Source: a virus
Length of the DNA: 64,000 nt
Virus record (IMG/VR): IMGVR_UViG_3300025732_000030
Coordinates: 1 to 64,000 of that record
Reading direction: 5' to 3' (one strand)
The notes under the pieces: model-generated
What the model was told of the DNA's origin: nothing
What the model saw: only the letters and a program-made list of their open reading frames with translations
Database searches by the model: none
In this document: positions 8,842 to 18,617 of the stretch, piece after piece
Layout: each line of letters opens with the position of its first letter
Position numbering within the stretch: position 1 is the first letter of the stretch
Made by a program: the position numbers and the translations under genes

Positions 8842-10491
8842 ATGAAACCTATAAATTTAGATAATAGTCCTTGTAGTCCAATCTCAAGCAATTGTGTGAT
8901 TTGGCAAGGCCCAGATATTCCATGCATTAAGCTATGTACTGGAGATACAGTTTCTAATGTGATACATGAACTTGCAACAGAGCTTTGCAATATTATGGAT
9001 CTTTTAGATGTTAATGGCTATGACTTATCTTGTTTTGATTTAGCAAGTTGTAAGCCTCAAAATATTCAAGAGTTAATTCAGTTTCTAATTGGAAGAATTT
9101 GCACTATTGAAACAGAACAAGCTGCTGAAGTTGCAGCTGCAATAGCTGGAGGGGTAGTTAAGTCTGCTTCTGCAGATACTCTAGTTACTGTTGCTCCTTG
9201 CTTTGTTGTAGGAACAACTACAGTAATGACAATAGCTGAATATGCTCAAGCAATGGGAACCAAGATCTGTAGTATTATTACTCAAATAGATACTATTAAT
9301 TTACAGATTAATGATTTAGATATAAGAGTAACTACATTAGAAAATACACCTGTTATTTTTCCTCCTACACCAAGCATAGTTATTGATTGTAACATAGGAG
9401 TTTTAATATCAGGAAATTCATATACTATTGATAATGTATTAGATGAGCTCATAAATAATGCTACAAATGGTTATTGTGCATATATGAGTGTGCTTGGTAC
9501 TCCAGCTAATATCACTTCATCTTTTACACCAGCTTGTGTTTTTGGAGCACCAATTACAACAGATCCTAATTGGAGTCCTGTTCCTGTAGATTTATCAGAA
9601 ACATTAACTAATATTTGGATTGCAATATGCTCTATTTATAGTTCTATTACTCCATTGACTACACAAAACAGTAGTACAATTAATCTTGATTATACTGCAA
9701 ATATTTTAACAGCTAAAATTAATGATACAGGTTGGGTTGATCTTGATGGTTTTGGATATTATACTGGGGCAGATACTCTAGCATTAAAACCACAAGCAAG
9801 AAGAATTGGTAATGCAGTTCATTTTCGTGGAATAATTACTATTCCAATTGATGATGGAGCTGGGCAGCCTTTATTATGGCAATATCAATCAGCACCTCCA
9901 GTAGACACTTATTATTTGTCTACTACAGTAACGCCAGCAACAGTAGGGCCTGATTCAGTTAATCTATCTACTGCAGGTACTATAACTTTTAATCAAGGGC
10001 TTTCTGTTATTCCAGCAAGTATTATGGATGTTGGTGAATTATTTGATAATACTTATGGAAGTAATTTTTTAATTGGAACAAGACCTGTAGAAATAGATGC
10101 TGCACCTGTGACAAGTACAATTTTATCAGGGTTATTTAATATTTCAATTACAGCAAGTAAAACATTACTTTTATCTCTTCCAAAAAATGCTGAACAAAAT
10201 GCTTTTTCTGGAACAGCAGCTTTTAATACATCACATTTAAATTATGTTGTATCTCATGTAGTATCAGGAGACAATGTTCCAAAATTTGATAATGCCAATA
10301 CAAATGTTAATAGTAATACGGGTGCTGGAACAATAGCTCTTAACATGGAATATGATGCAGCATTAACATATCCTTTTTCTTGTAATGCAAATGATGAACA
10401 AGAAGTTGGTGGTTTTAGAATTGTATTAGATGGTATCACAGCATATATTGATCCTTGCACTACAGATATTAAAAACTTTATTTGTCCTTAA
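8842..10491 (+). CDS. Tail fibre/spike protein
   Basis: Cys-rich N-terminal anchor (SNCVIWQGPDIPC), coiled coil (INLQINDLDIRVTTLE), DTGWVDL...RRIGNAVHFRG fibre-tip-like motif. Confidence 0.65.
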   Translation: MKPINLDNSPCSPISSNCVIWQGPDIPCIKLCTGDTVSNVIHELATELCNIMDLLDVNGYDLSCFDLASCKPQNIQELIQFLIGRICTIETEQAAEVAAAIAGGVVKSASADTLVTVAPCFVVGTTTVMTIAEYAQAMGTKICSIITQIDTINLQINDLDIRVTTLENTPVIFPPTPSIVIDCNIGVLISGNSYTIDNVLDELINNATNGYCAYMSVLGTPANITSSFTPACVFGAPITTDPNWSPVPVDLSETLTNIWIAICSIYSSITPLTTQNSSTINLDYTANILTAKINDTGWVDLDGFGYYTGADTLALKPQARRIGNAVHFRGIITIPIDDGAGQPLLWQYQSAPPVDTYYLSTTVTPATVGPDSVNLSTAGTITFNQGLSVIPASIMDVGELFDNTYGSNFLIGTRPVEIDAAPVTSTILSGLFNISITASKTLLLSLPKNAEQNAFSGTAAFNTSHLNYVVSHVVSGDNVPKFDNANTNVNSNTGAGTIALNMEYDAALTYPFSCNANDEQEVGGFRIVLDGITAYIDPCTTDIKNFICP

Positions 10492-10502
10492 TAAATTAAA
10501 CT

Positions 10503-10751
10503 ATGGCTACTAATACTTGTACTTCTTGTGGATGTAAAAAATGTGGATGTTCAGACAGTGCATTAATATCTCCTGCTCCATGCCCAACTCCAGCTGGTTG
10601 TCCAACACCTTTAACATGTTCTGAAGTTTTTGATGCAGAATGTGTAGTATATACAGGTCCTGACATTACATGTAATGGGGATATTGTTGTTCCTACTGAT
10701 ACAAATATGGCAGATGCACTAACATTAATTGTTGCATATTTCTGCCCTTGA
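10503..10751 (+). CDS. Small Cys-rich protein; stand-alone copy of the fibre N-terminal module
   Basis: CTSCGCKKCGC N-terminus, then AECVVYTGPDITC, which is similar to the N-terminus of 8842. Confidence 0.65.
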   Translation: MATNTCTSCGCKKCGCSDSALISPAPCPTPAGCPTPLTCSEVFDAECVVYTGPDITCNGDIVVPTDTNMADALTLIVAYFCP

Positions 10752-10788
10752 TATAAAGTTACAGTTGTTGGTTTCTGTGACAACAGGT

Positions 10789-10814
10789 AAAACCCCTGCA
10801 CTTGTGGGGGTTTT
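10789..10814 (+). terminator. Rho-independent terminator
   Basis: AAAACCCC-tgcacttgtg-GGGGTTTT hairpin. Confidence 0.7.
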
Positions 10815-10829
10815 GCATTTATTACTATA

Positions 10830-10860
10830 TTTGTTAAAGTCATTTATTTTTAGTATATTA
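10830..10860 (+). promoter_or_regulatory. Putative late promoter
   Basis: TTTG-N18-AGTATATTA upstream of 10872. Confidence 0.6.
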
Positions 10861-10871
10861 AATAGTATAGT

Positions 10872-11453
10872 ATGAAGGAGTTTAAGAGCCCGGATTTAAA
10901 AGCACCAAGGTATAGACCAGAAGTGCATACAATTATGAGCAAAGAGTTCTTTGAAAGTTTTAAAAAGAAATATCCTAGGTATAAAAACTTAGATGATAAA
11001 GAGTTAAGAAAAATTATTAAGGCATTTAATAATACAATTTATCAGACAGTAATAGATACTAGGGATGGGGTTCAATTGCCTGAACAAATTGGATGGTTGT
11101 TTATTGGAACTTGTCAAAGTCCTAAAAAACAAAACATTGATTTTGTAAAGTCAAAAAAATATGGAGTAGCAGTTACAAATAAAAACTGGGAAACAGATGG
11201 TAAGCTTGCCAAGATATTCTTTACAAGCTATGCATTAAAACACAAAATGAAGAATAGAGAGTTTTGGGGATTTGTAGCATGTAGAGATTTTAAAAGAGCA
11301 GTGGCTAAGTCTTATCCAGAAAACTGGAATATGTATTTAGTAGTTGAACCAACAGTAAGAATAAAACTTAACAGTACTAAAAATTATTTGGTCTACTCCG
11401 GTAAACAAAAAGACAGAGAAGGCTTAAAACATTATAATGAATTTGAACTATGA
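10872..11453 (+). CDS. IHF/HU-like DNA-binding protein (crAss gene 53/54-like)
   Basis: Basic 193 aa; helical N-terminus then GVQLPEQIGWLFI HU-like beta-arm start; located before the tail ring genes as in crAss-like phages. Confidence 0.55.
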   Translation: MKEFKSPDLKAPRYRPEVHTIMSKEFFESFKKKYPRYKNLDDKELRKIIKAFNNTIYQTVIDTRDGVQLPEQIGWLFIGTCQSPKKQNIDFVKSKKYGVAVTNKNWETDGKLAKIFFTSYALKHKMKNREFWGFVACRDFKRAVAKSYPENWNMYLVVEPTVRIKLNSTKNYLVYSGKQKDREGLKHYNEFEL

Positions 11454-12115
11454 CAACTATTGGTGAAGCAATATCAAGAGTTAGAAATACTTTAAAAGCA
11501 GTTAAAGAAGATCCATTCTTAACTGATAGAGTAATCTATAGCTCATTAATTAAATATGGTCAGACACTTTTAAAGAGAGAAGACAATCAATTTAGATTAA
11601 TGAAGATCAGTTCTATTTTTCAAGTGCTTCCTTATATAGAACTCATTGATGTAGATAAAGTAGAGGCTGGCTGTCTCGGAGTTTATTCAGGATGTTATTT
11701 TAAAAGATCAAAAGATAAACTCCCAACTATTCTTAATGGGGCTATGGGGCCTATTATACGCACCACATCTTCAATAGATGGTAGTATAGAGATGTTTAGA
11801 ACAGATCCAGGTACTTGGGTTTCTATGACTAAAACAACAACATTTAAATATAATACAAGAAAATATTTCTGGTATTTAGATGGTTACTTATATGCACCTA
11901 ATATAGATTGGGAAGCAGTTAGAATGGAAGCAATATTTCAAGGAGTTACAAATCCATGTGATCCAAAGGCAGAATGTGAAATAGCTCAAGATAAACTATT
12001 AACAATTCCAGAATATTTATTTTCTGAAGTAGAGCAATTTGTAATTAAAGAATTAACAATGTCTATGCAAGTACCTTCTGATGGTGCTGATGATAGCCAA
12101 AACACTCTTAGATAA
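11450..12115 (+). CDS. Tail tubular/ring protein
   Basis: 221 aa; KYFWYLDGYLY and D-x-x-D-x-S-Q-N C-terminus resemble crAss Ttub/ring proteins; synteny. Confidence 0.6.
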   Translation: MTTIGEAISRVRNTLKAVKEDPFLTDRVIYSSLIKYGQTLLKREDNQFRLMKISSIFQVLPYIELIDVDKVEAGCLGVYSGCYFKRSKDKLPTILNGAMGPIIRTTSSIDGSIEMFRTDPGTWVSMTKTTTFKYNTRKYFWYLDGYLYAPNIDWEAVRMEAIFQGVTNPCDPKAECEIAQDKLLTIPEYLFSEVEQFVIKELTMSMQVPSDGADDSQNTLR

Positions 12116-13155
12116 TGGATTTTAATTATACACTCCGCTACAGGTCATTTGACCAACTTTTAGAAGATGTAACAGTTGATCTAAATACATTTGCTCTAGA
12201 AAATATGATAGAGCCCCAACAGTTGATTAAACTTGCTAAAAAATTAAACTATGATCTTGGTTTAAGAATAAATCAAACTAAAGAAGAAATATTAGAAGTG
12301 TGTCATGGTAGAGTAAAGCTTCCAGATGATTTTTATACTTTTAATTATGGCATGATCTGTGGAGAATTTGCTGAACATGTCGGATATGGTGGCTATGGTG
12401 GTACTAATATACAAGAAGTACCATATGTAGAAGTTCCTGCTAATGTAGATGTATGTGCCCCACCAACAGTAAACTGTAGTACATGTAATTCTCAGCCATG
12501 TAATCAAACTGCAGCATGTGATCTTAACTTCCCCATAGTAGATCCAATACCCACAGCTTATGATCCTTTAAATCCTTATGGAAATACTTGTATTCCACCT
12601 AGAGTTTTTATGAACTGTAAAGGAGATAAATATGAATTAATTCAGGTAATTAATACAGGTAATGTAAGAGTTTATACAAGACTTATACCATTAAGAATGA
12701 AGGCAAGTCAAGAAATAGAGTGTGATTGTCCTAATTTATATATTAATGCTGCAAATGAAGGTTGGATTAAAGGTGGATTTTTATTTACTACTTTTCAAAC
12801 TGGAAAAGTATATTTAAACTATCAAGGACAAATGGAAGATGATCAAGGTAACTTAATGGTTCCTGATCATGATTTAATTAATGAATATTATGAGTATGCA
12901 TTTAAATCAAGAATCCTTGAAAATTTATATCTTAATGGAGAAGATGTTGCACAAAGAATGCAACTTGTTGAACAAAGACTTAAAGCAGCAAGAAATCAAG
13001 CACTAAGTGTTGTTAATACTCCAAACTTTAAAGAACTTGAACAGGTGTGGTGGACAAATAGAAAAGCTATGTATGGTAAATACTATGACATGTTTAAAAG
13101 TTATTCTCCAACTAATGCTTTTTATAATAAATATGGTACTTCAAGATTAATTTAG
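12115..13155 (+). CDS. Tail ring protein with Cys-rich insertion
   Basis: VKLPDDF...TTFQTGKVYLNY...GNLMVPD ring-protein motifs; directly upstream of the muzzle gene. Confidence 0.6.
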   Translation: MDFNYTLRYRSFDQLLEDVTVDLNTFALENMIEPQQLIKLAKKLNYDLGLRINQTKEEILEVCHGRVKLPDDFYTFNYGMICGEFAEHVGYGGYGGTNIQEVPYVEVPANVDVCAPPTVNCSTCNSQPCNQTAACDLNFPIVDPIPTAYDPLNPYGNTCIPPRVFMNCKGDKYELIQVINTGNVRVYTRLIPLRMKASQEIECDCPNLYINAANEGWIKGGFLFTTFQTGKVYLNYQGQMEDDQGNLMVPDHDLINEYYEYAFKSRILENLYLNGEDVAQRMQLVEQRLKAARNQALSVVNTPNFKELEQVWWTNRKAMYGKYYDMFKSYSPTNAFYNKYGTSRLI

Positions 13156-13157
13156 TT

Positions 13158-16100
13158 ATGGCAAAAAAGGAATCAAGTACTAGTCAAAATAATTTAAATA
13201 CATTTATCAAGGGTCTTCATAAAGATTCTGATCCTGCATTTATTTCAGAGGGCATGTGGACACATGCAAGAAATGTAGTTAATAATACAATTGAAGGTGA
13301 TATAGGTACATTATCCAATGAAGCATCAAATGCTCTTTGTGCTCTTGCTGGAGCAACAATGCCCAATACTGTAAATTTTAGATATATTATTGGAGCAGTT
13401 CATTTATTTTCTGATAAGTGGATTATCTATACAGCGGGTCACAATACTGAAATTGCTGTTATTTCTTCAATGTCAGAAATAGGTTTATTTGAAATAGACA
13501 GTTGTACATATAGACCAATAGTACAAGATGCATGTTTAAATTTTTGTAAATCTAATTTAGTAAGTGGTGTATCTAGAGAATTACAAAACTGTTCATGGCA
13601 AGTATATTGGGCAGATGGCTTAAATCCAGATAGAGTTTTAAATCTTGGTGACCAAAAACTTTGGCCCTCTCTTGCTGATTATTCATGGGCTGGTGCTGGT
13701 GCAAATGTAAATTATTACATAAGCTTATTAGTACCGGGATTAAAAGTACTTTGGCCAGGAGTTACTTGGAAACAAATTTGCACAGATAGTTTAGGAATAT
13801 CACAAACTTCTCCAGGAGTATGGCCTATTGGTCATCCTGTTGGTTGTATAACCTGTGATAATCTTAATGAACTTGACTGTGATGCTATAAGATTAGCAAG
13901 ACTGATGAAGACACCATGTCTTAATTTAAGTATTGCTGAAGGATCAGGAAGTTTAGAAAATGGTAGTTATTATGCAGTTATTGCTTATAGTATTAAAAAT
14001 CAAAAAGTAACAGATTATTTTGCACCAAGCAATGTTCAGCCAGTATATACTTTAACATCAAGTCAGGGGTCTTTAATACTAGATGTAGATGCAGATACTG
14101 AAAGTTTTGATGAATTTGAATTAGTAGTAGTAGCTAATATTAATGAAAATACAGCTGCTATAATTCACGGCTATTATTCTACAAAAACTAAAAGAATTTT
14201 TATTGAGCAATTTGCTTTAAATAAACCTGCTGTTGATCCAAGTTCAATTGGATTAATTATACCAATATTTGAGAAATCAGATCAGATGACTCAGCTTAAT
14301 AATTATTTATTAAGAATAGGACCAACAACTAAATTTGATTTTAATTATCAGCCATTAGCAAATCTTATTCAGTCAGAATGGGTTGCTGTAGAATATCCAT
14401 CAGATTATTATTTTAAAGGTGGAAGCCATACAAACTATTTAAGAGATGAAGTATATTCTTTCTTTATAAGATGGGTGTATGACACAGGAGATAAGTCCGC
14501 TTCTTATCATATACCTGGAAGAGCAGCAAGAAGATGGGGGCCTAATTCTTATTTTGAAAATGCACCAAATTCTCTTTCTAATGGGGATAGTTTTCCAGGA
14601 GATACTAAAATATTTCAAACAATAAATACAGCCACACAAACATCAACTGGTGGTACAACATTGCCTGATGGTGGAACTATTGTTGGTGTGGGTGATATGG
14701 GATACTGGCAATCTACAGAAATATATCCAGATGATAGGCCAGATATATGGAATGCAAGTGACCACATGTGGACTGGAAAATTTCAATCTCCAAATCCATC
14801 ATATGATCTTTGTGGTTTACCAATTAGACACCACAAGTTTCCTGAGAATGTAATTTATAATGCTGTTACAGGTAACTTAACAAACTTAACTGGCTCAAGC
14901 CACTTTAGAAAAGACGCTGTAACTGGGGCTCTCTTCATTAGAGTAATGGGAGTAAGATTTAAAAATATTATTCTTCCAAAAGATAATGATGGTATTGATA
15001 TACAAAATATAGTTGGTTATGAAATATTAAGGGGTGGTAGAGATGGTAACAAATCTATTGTTGCTAAAGGTATGATAAATAACTTTAGAGATTATGAAAG
15101 ACAAGGGGTTACTGCAAACACAAGAAAGGGGTTATATGCTAATTATCCTTTTAATACTATTTATCCTGTAGGAAACACATTAAACTCTTCTGACCATAAT
15201 TATCAGTATAATGATCCATATATAAAATCAGTAGATAATAATAATGATGTTGTAAATCAAGATATACCAAATAATCTTATTACTTTTCATTCACCAGATA
15301 CAACATTTAGAAATCCATATTTAGGTATACCAGAATTAAAGTTATATGGATATTTATCTGGAACAGCAACTCAACAATTTATTGAACCACAAGGGCATCC
15401 TAAATTTACCTTACTTTCAGATGAGGCTTTATGGGTTGCAATGGTTGCTGGTTTATTAGATGTGCTATTAAGATCTGGTGGCAAGAAAACATTTAACTAT
15501 CCCCAAGGTAGTTTTATTAGTCAATTCCAACTTCCTGAAGTAGCAGCAACTACAGCATTGCCCGGAGTACAAGCTAATCTGACTGCACTTACTGGCGTGA
15601 CTACAGCTAATCAAACATTTAATACTGCAATTAATACCTATACCAATAGTGGTTTTGCCTTGTCACAAGCATTTAGTGGACAAAGCACTTTAGACAATAT
15701 TTATAATAACCACAATCAAACAGTTCTATTGGCAGGTGGGAACTATGATCCACAAACATATAGTGTAGAAGCATCTGCATATTCAATGCTTCCTTCATGG
15801 GTATCTACAACATTATCTATTGCTGGAGCAGTATCACAAATAGCATTCTTTTTTATGGAAGGAGCAGGTGCAGCAATTGACGTATTATATGCTTTAGGTC
15901 CATTAAGACAATATGCCCTTCAGTTAATTGCACATGGTTTGTATGATGTATTTAATCCATTTAATATTAATGATACAAAAAGATTTAGAATTGCGGATGC
16001 ATTTTATATTGCAAAAAATACATCAGCAGAAGTAAGAAACTATCAAAACACAATAACAGGTAATACAGATAGTTATACAATTAATAACTATAAAAGACCA

Positions 16101-18617
16101 AAGATCCTTACTATTAGAACTGAGAGAGCAAATAATAATCAGACTGCGGGTCCAAAGTTATTAGTAGGTGCAACTATTGCTTCTGGTTTAGACCAATCTT
16201 TAGGTTCATTAAACATGTTTGATGATGCAGGGTTTGGACCTAAAATAAATGACAAGGATAAAAGTAAAGAATTTCAAGCAAAAATTGCAAGTCATTATGG
16301 AGCATTAAAAATAAATATAGAAGATCAATATGGTAATTTAAGAAGTATTATACAATTACCAATAACACCATGTGAGCAACATATTCCAAATTTACCAGTT
16401 TCAAATATAAGTGTTAACTATAATTTACCAGATGGAACCCCTACATCAACAATAATACAACAAAAAATAATTCAATCTTCTATAGAGTTATTTAATGGAG
16501 ATACTTATGTATGTAGGTTTACTGAAAAAAATCCAATGTTCTTTTTCTATGATTGGTTATATGGTGAACCAAATGGTTATGAATATAATTACTTTAATAA
16601 CCAAATGATCCCTGAACCAAGATTTTGGTCAAATAGTGAAAAATATGACATTAGCAATTTACAAGTAACTAATATTGCTGCTTGGACGGCCATAATAAAT
16701 AATGCAACAACAGGTACAGGATTCCTTCCTAGCTCATATTATAATTTAGATAATGATAATTATAATATGACCAATGATCATCATGGGGCTTATCCTGGTT
16801 TTATGTTTGTTAAAAATTCATATTTCTATTTATCAGCTTCAGGTGTTAGGGACTTTGTTGTTGAATCAGATGTATTATTAGACTTTAGAGAAGTTGGTGT
16901 ATTTGATTATGAAAAATGTTATCAACCCTATCAGTACACAGATTTATATGCCATGTTTAGAATGGATAAATTAACTGCTACTGAAGGAAATTTCTACATA
17001 TATGATCAGTCTTTAAGTATTAGTAGATTAACTAATAGGTTTACTTCTTTTGGATTTCTGCAGTCAGTATTTTATGATCCCACTGTTGCAGAGCTTTGCT
17101 ATACATATTTACCAAATACAATAACATATTCATTACCAACAACTGCTAATACTGCAATTGATTATTGGTATATGTTTTTACCATTTAATAGAAAAAACTT
17201 TATCGGTCAAATTAGTTCTGTAAAATCTTTTGCTAAAACTGGTGCTTTTGTAACATTTAAAAATGAAAGTCCTATTGTATTTCAAGGAGTAGATACATTA
17301 GAAATGGATGGCTCAGGTACTAAAGTTATTATTGGTGACGGAGGTTTATTTGCAAGAGAACCTCAAAATGTTGTAGTAGCAGATCAACCATATATGTATG
17401 GCTCTTCACAGGGAAGATTATCAGTTATATCTACTCCTGCAGGTATGTACTATGTTTCACAAGATCAAGGTAAAATATTTTCTTATGGTGAGGGGCTTAC
17501 AGAAATAAATCAAGCAGGTATGAAGTGGTGGTTTGATGAATTTTTACCATCTAAATTACTAGCAGACTTTCCTCAATTCCCCTATGCAGATAATCCAGTA
17601 GCTGGTGTTGGTACGCAAGCTATTTATGATAATGGCAATTCAGTATTATATTTCTGTAAAAAAGATTATAAACTAAAAACATATGATCAGTTTGGTAATC
17701 TAATAAAACCACAAGTAACATATGTGAATACAGGAAAAGAAAGTTACTTTTTATATGTTCCCATTGGAGCTGACGGTAAATTATTAACTCCTGTAAAAAT
17801 GCCTTTAGGAGATCCATTAATATTTGAAGATGCTTCTTGGACAATGAGCTATGATCCAAAATCTAAATTCTGGATTAGTTTTCATGACTGGCATCCAAAT
17901 TTAATTATTCCTACAAAAGAAAGTTTTGTAAGTATTGTTAAAAATGAATTGTGGCAACATTATTTTTCATGTAATGACTATTGTAATTTTTATGGTACAC
18001 AGTATCCATTTGAAGTTGAGTTCCCAGTATCAACAGGTCAAACAGTAACTACTTTAAAATCAGTAGAGTATATTCTTGAATGTTATAGAAGAGATACTAT
18101 ACATTGCATGGATCAGTTTCATGTGCTTGATTATAATTTTGATCAAGCTGTGATTTATAACTCAGAACAAATCTCTGGATATTTAAATCTTAATATATTT
18201 CCCAAAAACAATGTGACTCTATCTTTAGATTATCCTAAACTTAATCAATCTAACTTAGCTTCATTTGATGTATTATTCTCAAAAGAAGAACAGAAGTATA
18301 GAATAAATCAGTTCTGGGATATTACAAAAGATAGGGGGGAATTCCCACTTACTGCAGGCTATCCTCCAACAGGACCACTTGTTCCAGGAACAACAGTTCT
18401 TTTAGGAAACTATCCACAAGAATTATTATGGATTACAGAATCTAATGGATATAAAAAATCTATTAATCCAAATTCTGTAAACTATAATAAAGATTCTATG
18501 CAGAGAAAGAAATTTAGACATATGGTTAACTTTATACATCTAAGTAAAGCAGATACTAGAGATACCAACATGATCTTTAAAATGTTTAATACCAAAAATC
18601 AATATTCTTTTAGATAA
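13158..18617 (+). CDS. Muzzle / tail stabilisation protein (P22 gp10-like Tstab)
   Basis: 1819 aa, beta-rich; FIKGLHKD start, YLRDEVYSFFIRW, PIRHHKFP and WTMSYD...WISFHDW motifs typical of crAss-like Tstab. Confidence 0.75.
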   Translation: MAKKESSTSQNNLNTFIKGLHKDSDPAFISEGMWTHARNVVNNTIEGDIGTLSNEASNALCALAGATMPNTVNFRYIIGAVHLFSDKWIIYTAGHNTEIAVISSMSEIGLFEIDSCTYRPIVQDACLNFCKSNLVSGVSRELQNCSWQVYWADGLNPDRVLNLGDQKLWPSLADYSWAGAGANVNYYISLLVPGLKVLWPGVTWKQICTDSLGISQTSPGVWPIGHPVGCITCDNLNELDCDAIRLARLMKTPCLNLSIAEGSGSLENGSYYAVIAYSIKNQKVTDYFAPSNVQPVYTLTSSQGSLILDVDADTESFDEFELVVVANINENTAAIIHGYYSTKTKRIFIEQFALNKPAVDPSSIGLIIPIFEKSDQMTQLNNYLLRIGPTTKFDFNYQPLANLIQSEWVAVEYPSDYYFKGGSHTNYLRDEVYSFFIRWVYDTGDKSASYHIPGRAARRWGPNSYFENAPNSLSNGDSFPGDTKIFQTINTATQTSTGGTTLPDGGTIVGVGDMGYWQSTEIYPDDRPDIWNASDHMWTGKFQSPNPSYDLCGLPIRHHKFPENVIYNAVTGNLTNLTGSSHFRKDAVTGALFIRVMGVRFKNIILPKDNDGIDIQNIVGYEILRGGRDGNKSIVAKGMINNFRDYERQGVTANTRKGLYANYPFNTIYPVGNTLNSSDHNYQYNDPYIKSVDNNNDVVNQDIPNNLITFHSPDTTFRNPYLGIPELKLYGYLSGTATQQFIEPQGHPKFTLLSDEALWVAMVAGLLDVLLRSGGKKTFNYPQGSFISQFQLPEVAATTALPGVQANLTALTGVTTANQTFNTAINTYTNSGFALSQAFSGQSTLDNIYNNHNQTVLLAGGNYDPQTYSVEASAYSMLPSWVSTTLSIAGAVSQIAFFFMEGAGAAIDVLYALGPLRQYALQLIAHGLYDVFNPFNINDTKRFRIADAFYIAKNTSAEVRNYQNTITGNTDSYTINNYKRPKILTIRTERANNNQTAGPKLLVGATIASGLDQSLGSLNMFDDAGFGPKINDKDKSKEFQAKIASHYGALKINIEDQYGNLRSIIQLPITPCEQHIPNLPVSNISVNYNLPDGTPTSTIIQQKIIQSSIELFNGDTYVCRFTEKNPMFFFYDWLYGEPNGYEYNYFNNQMIPEPRFWSNSEKYDISNLQVTNIAAWTAIINNATTGTGFLPSSYYNLDNDNYNMTNDHHGAYPGFMFVKNSYFYLSASGVRDFVVESDVLLDFREVGVFDYEKCYQPYQYTDLYAMFRMDKLTATEGNFYIYDQSLSISRLTNRFTSFGFLQSVFYDPTVAELCYTYLPNTITYSLPTTANTAIDYWYMFLPFNRKNFIGQISSVKSFAKTGAFVTFKNESPIVFQGVDTLEMDGSGTKVIIGDGGLFAREPQNVVVADQPYMYGSSQGRLSVISTPAGMYYVSQDQGKIFSYGEGLTEINQAGMKWWFDEFLPSKLLADFPQFPYADNPVAGVGTQAIYDNGNSVLYFCKKDYKLKTYDQFGNLIKPQVTYVNTGKESYFLYVPIGADGKLLTPVKMPLGDPLIFEDASWTMSYDPKSKFWISFHDWHPNLIIPTKESFVSIVKNELWQHYFSCNDYCNFYGTQYPFEVEFPVSTGQTVTTLKSVEYILECYRRDTIHCMDQFHVLDYNFDQAVIYNSEQISGYLNLNIFPKNNVTLSLDYPKLNQSNLASFDVLFSKEEQKYRINQFWDITKDRGEFPLTAGYPPTGPLVPGTTVLLGNYPQELLWITESNGYKKSINPNSVNYNKDSMQRKKFRHMVNFIHLSKADTRDTNMIFKMFNTKNQYSFR

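Noticed and set aside
8842-10491. Diversity-generating retroelement targeting the fibre
   Set aside because: No reverse transcriptase and no TR/VR repeat pair seen in this window.
8795-12495. TCNSQ shared by the end of the 631-aa protein and the ring-protein insert
   Set aside because: Only 5-6 residues in Cys-rich contexts; compatible with chance.
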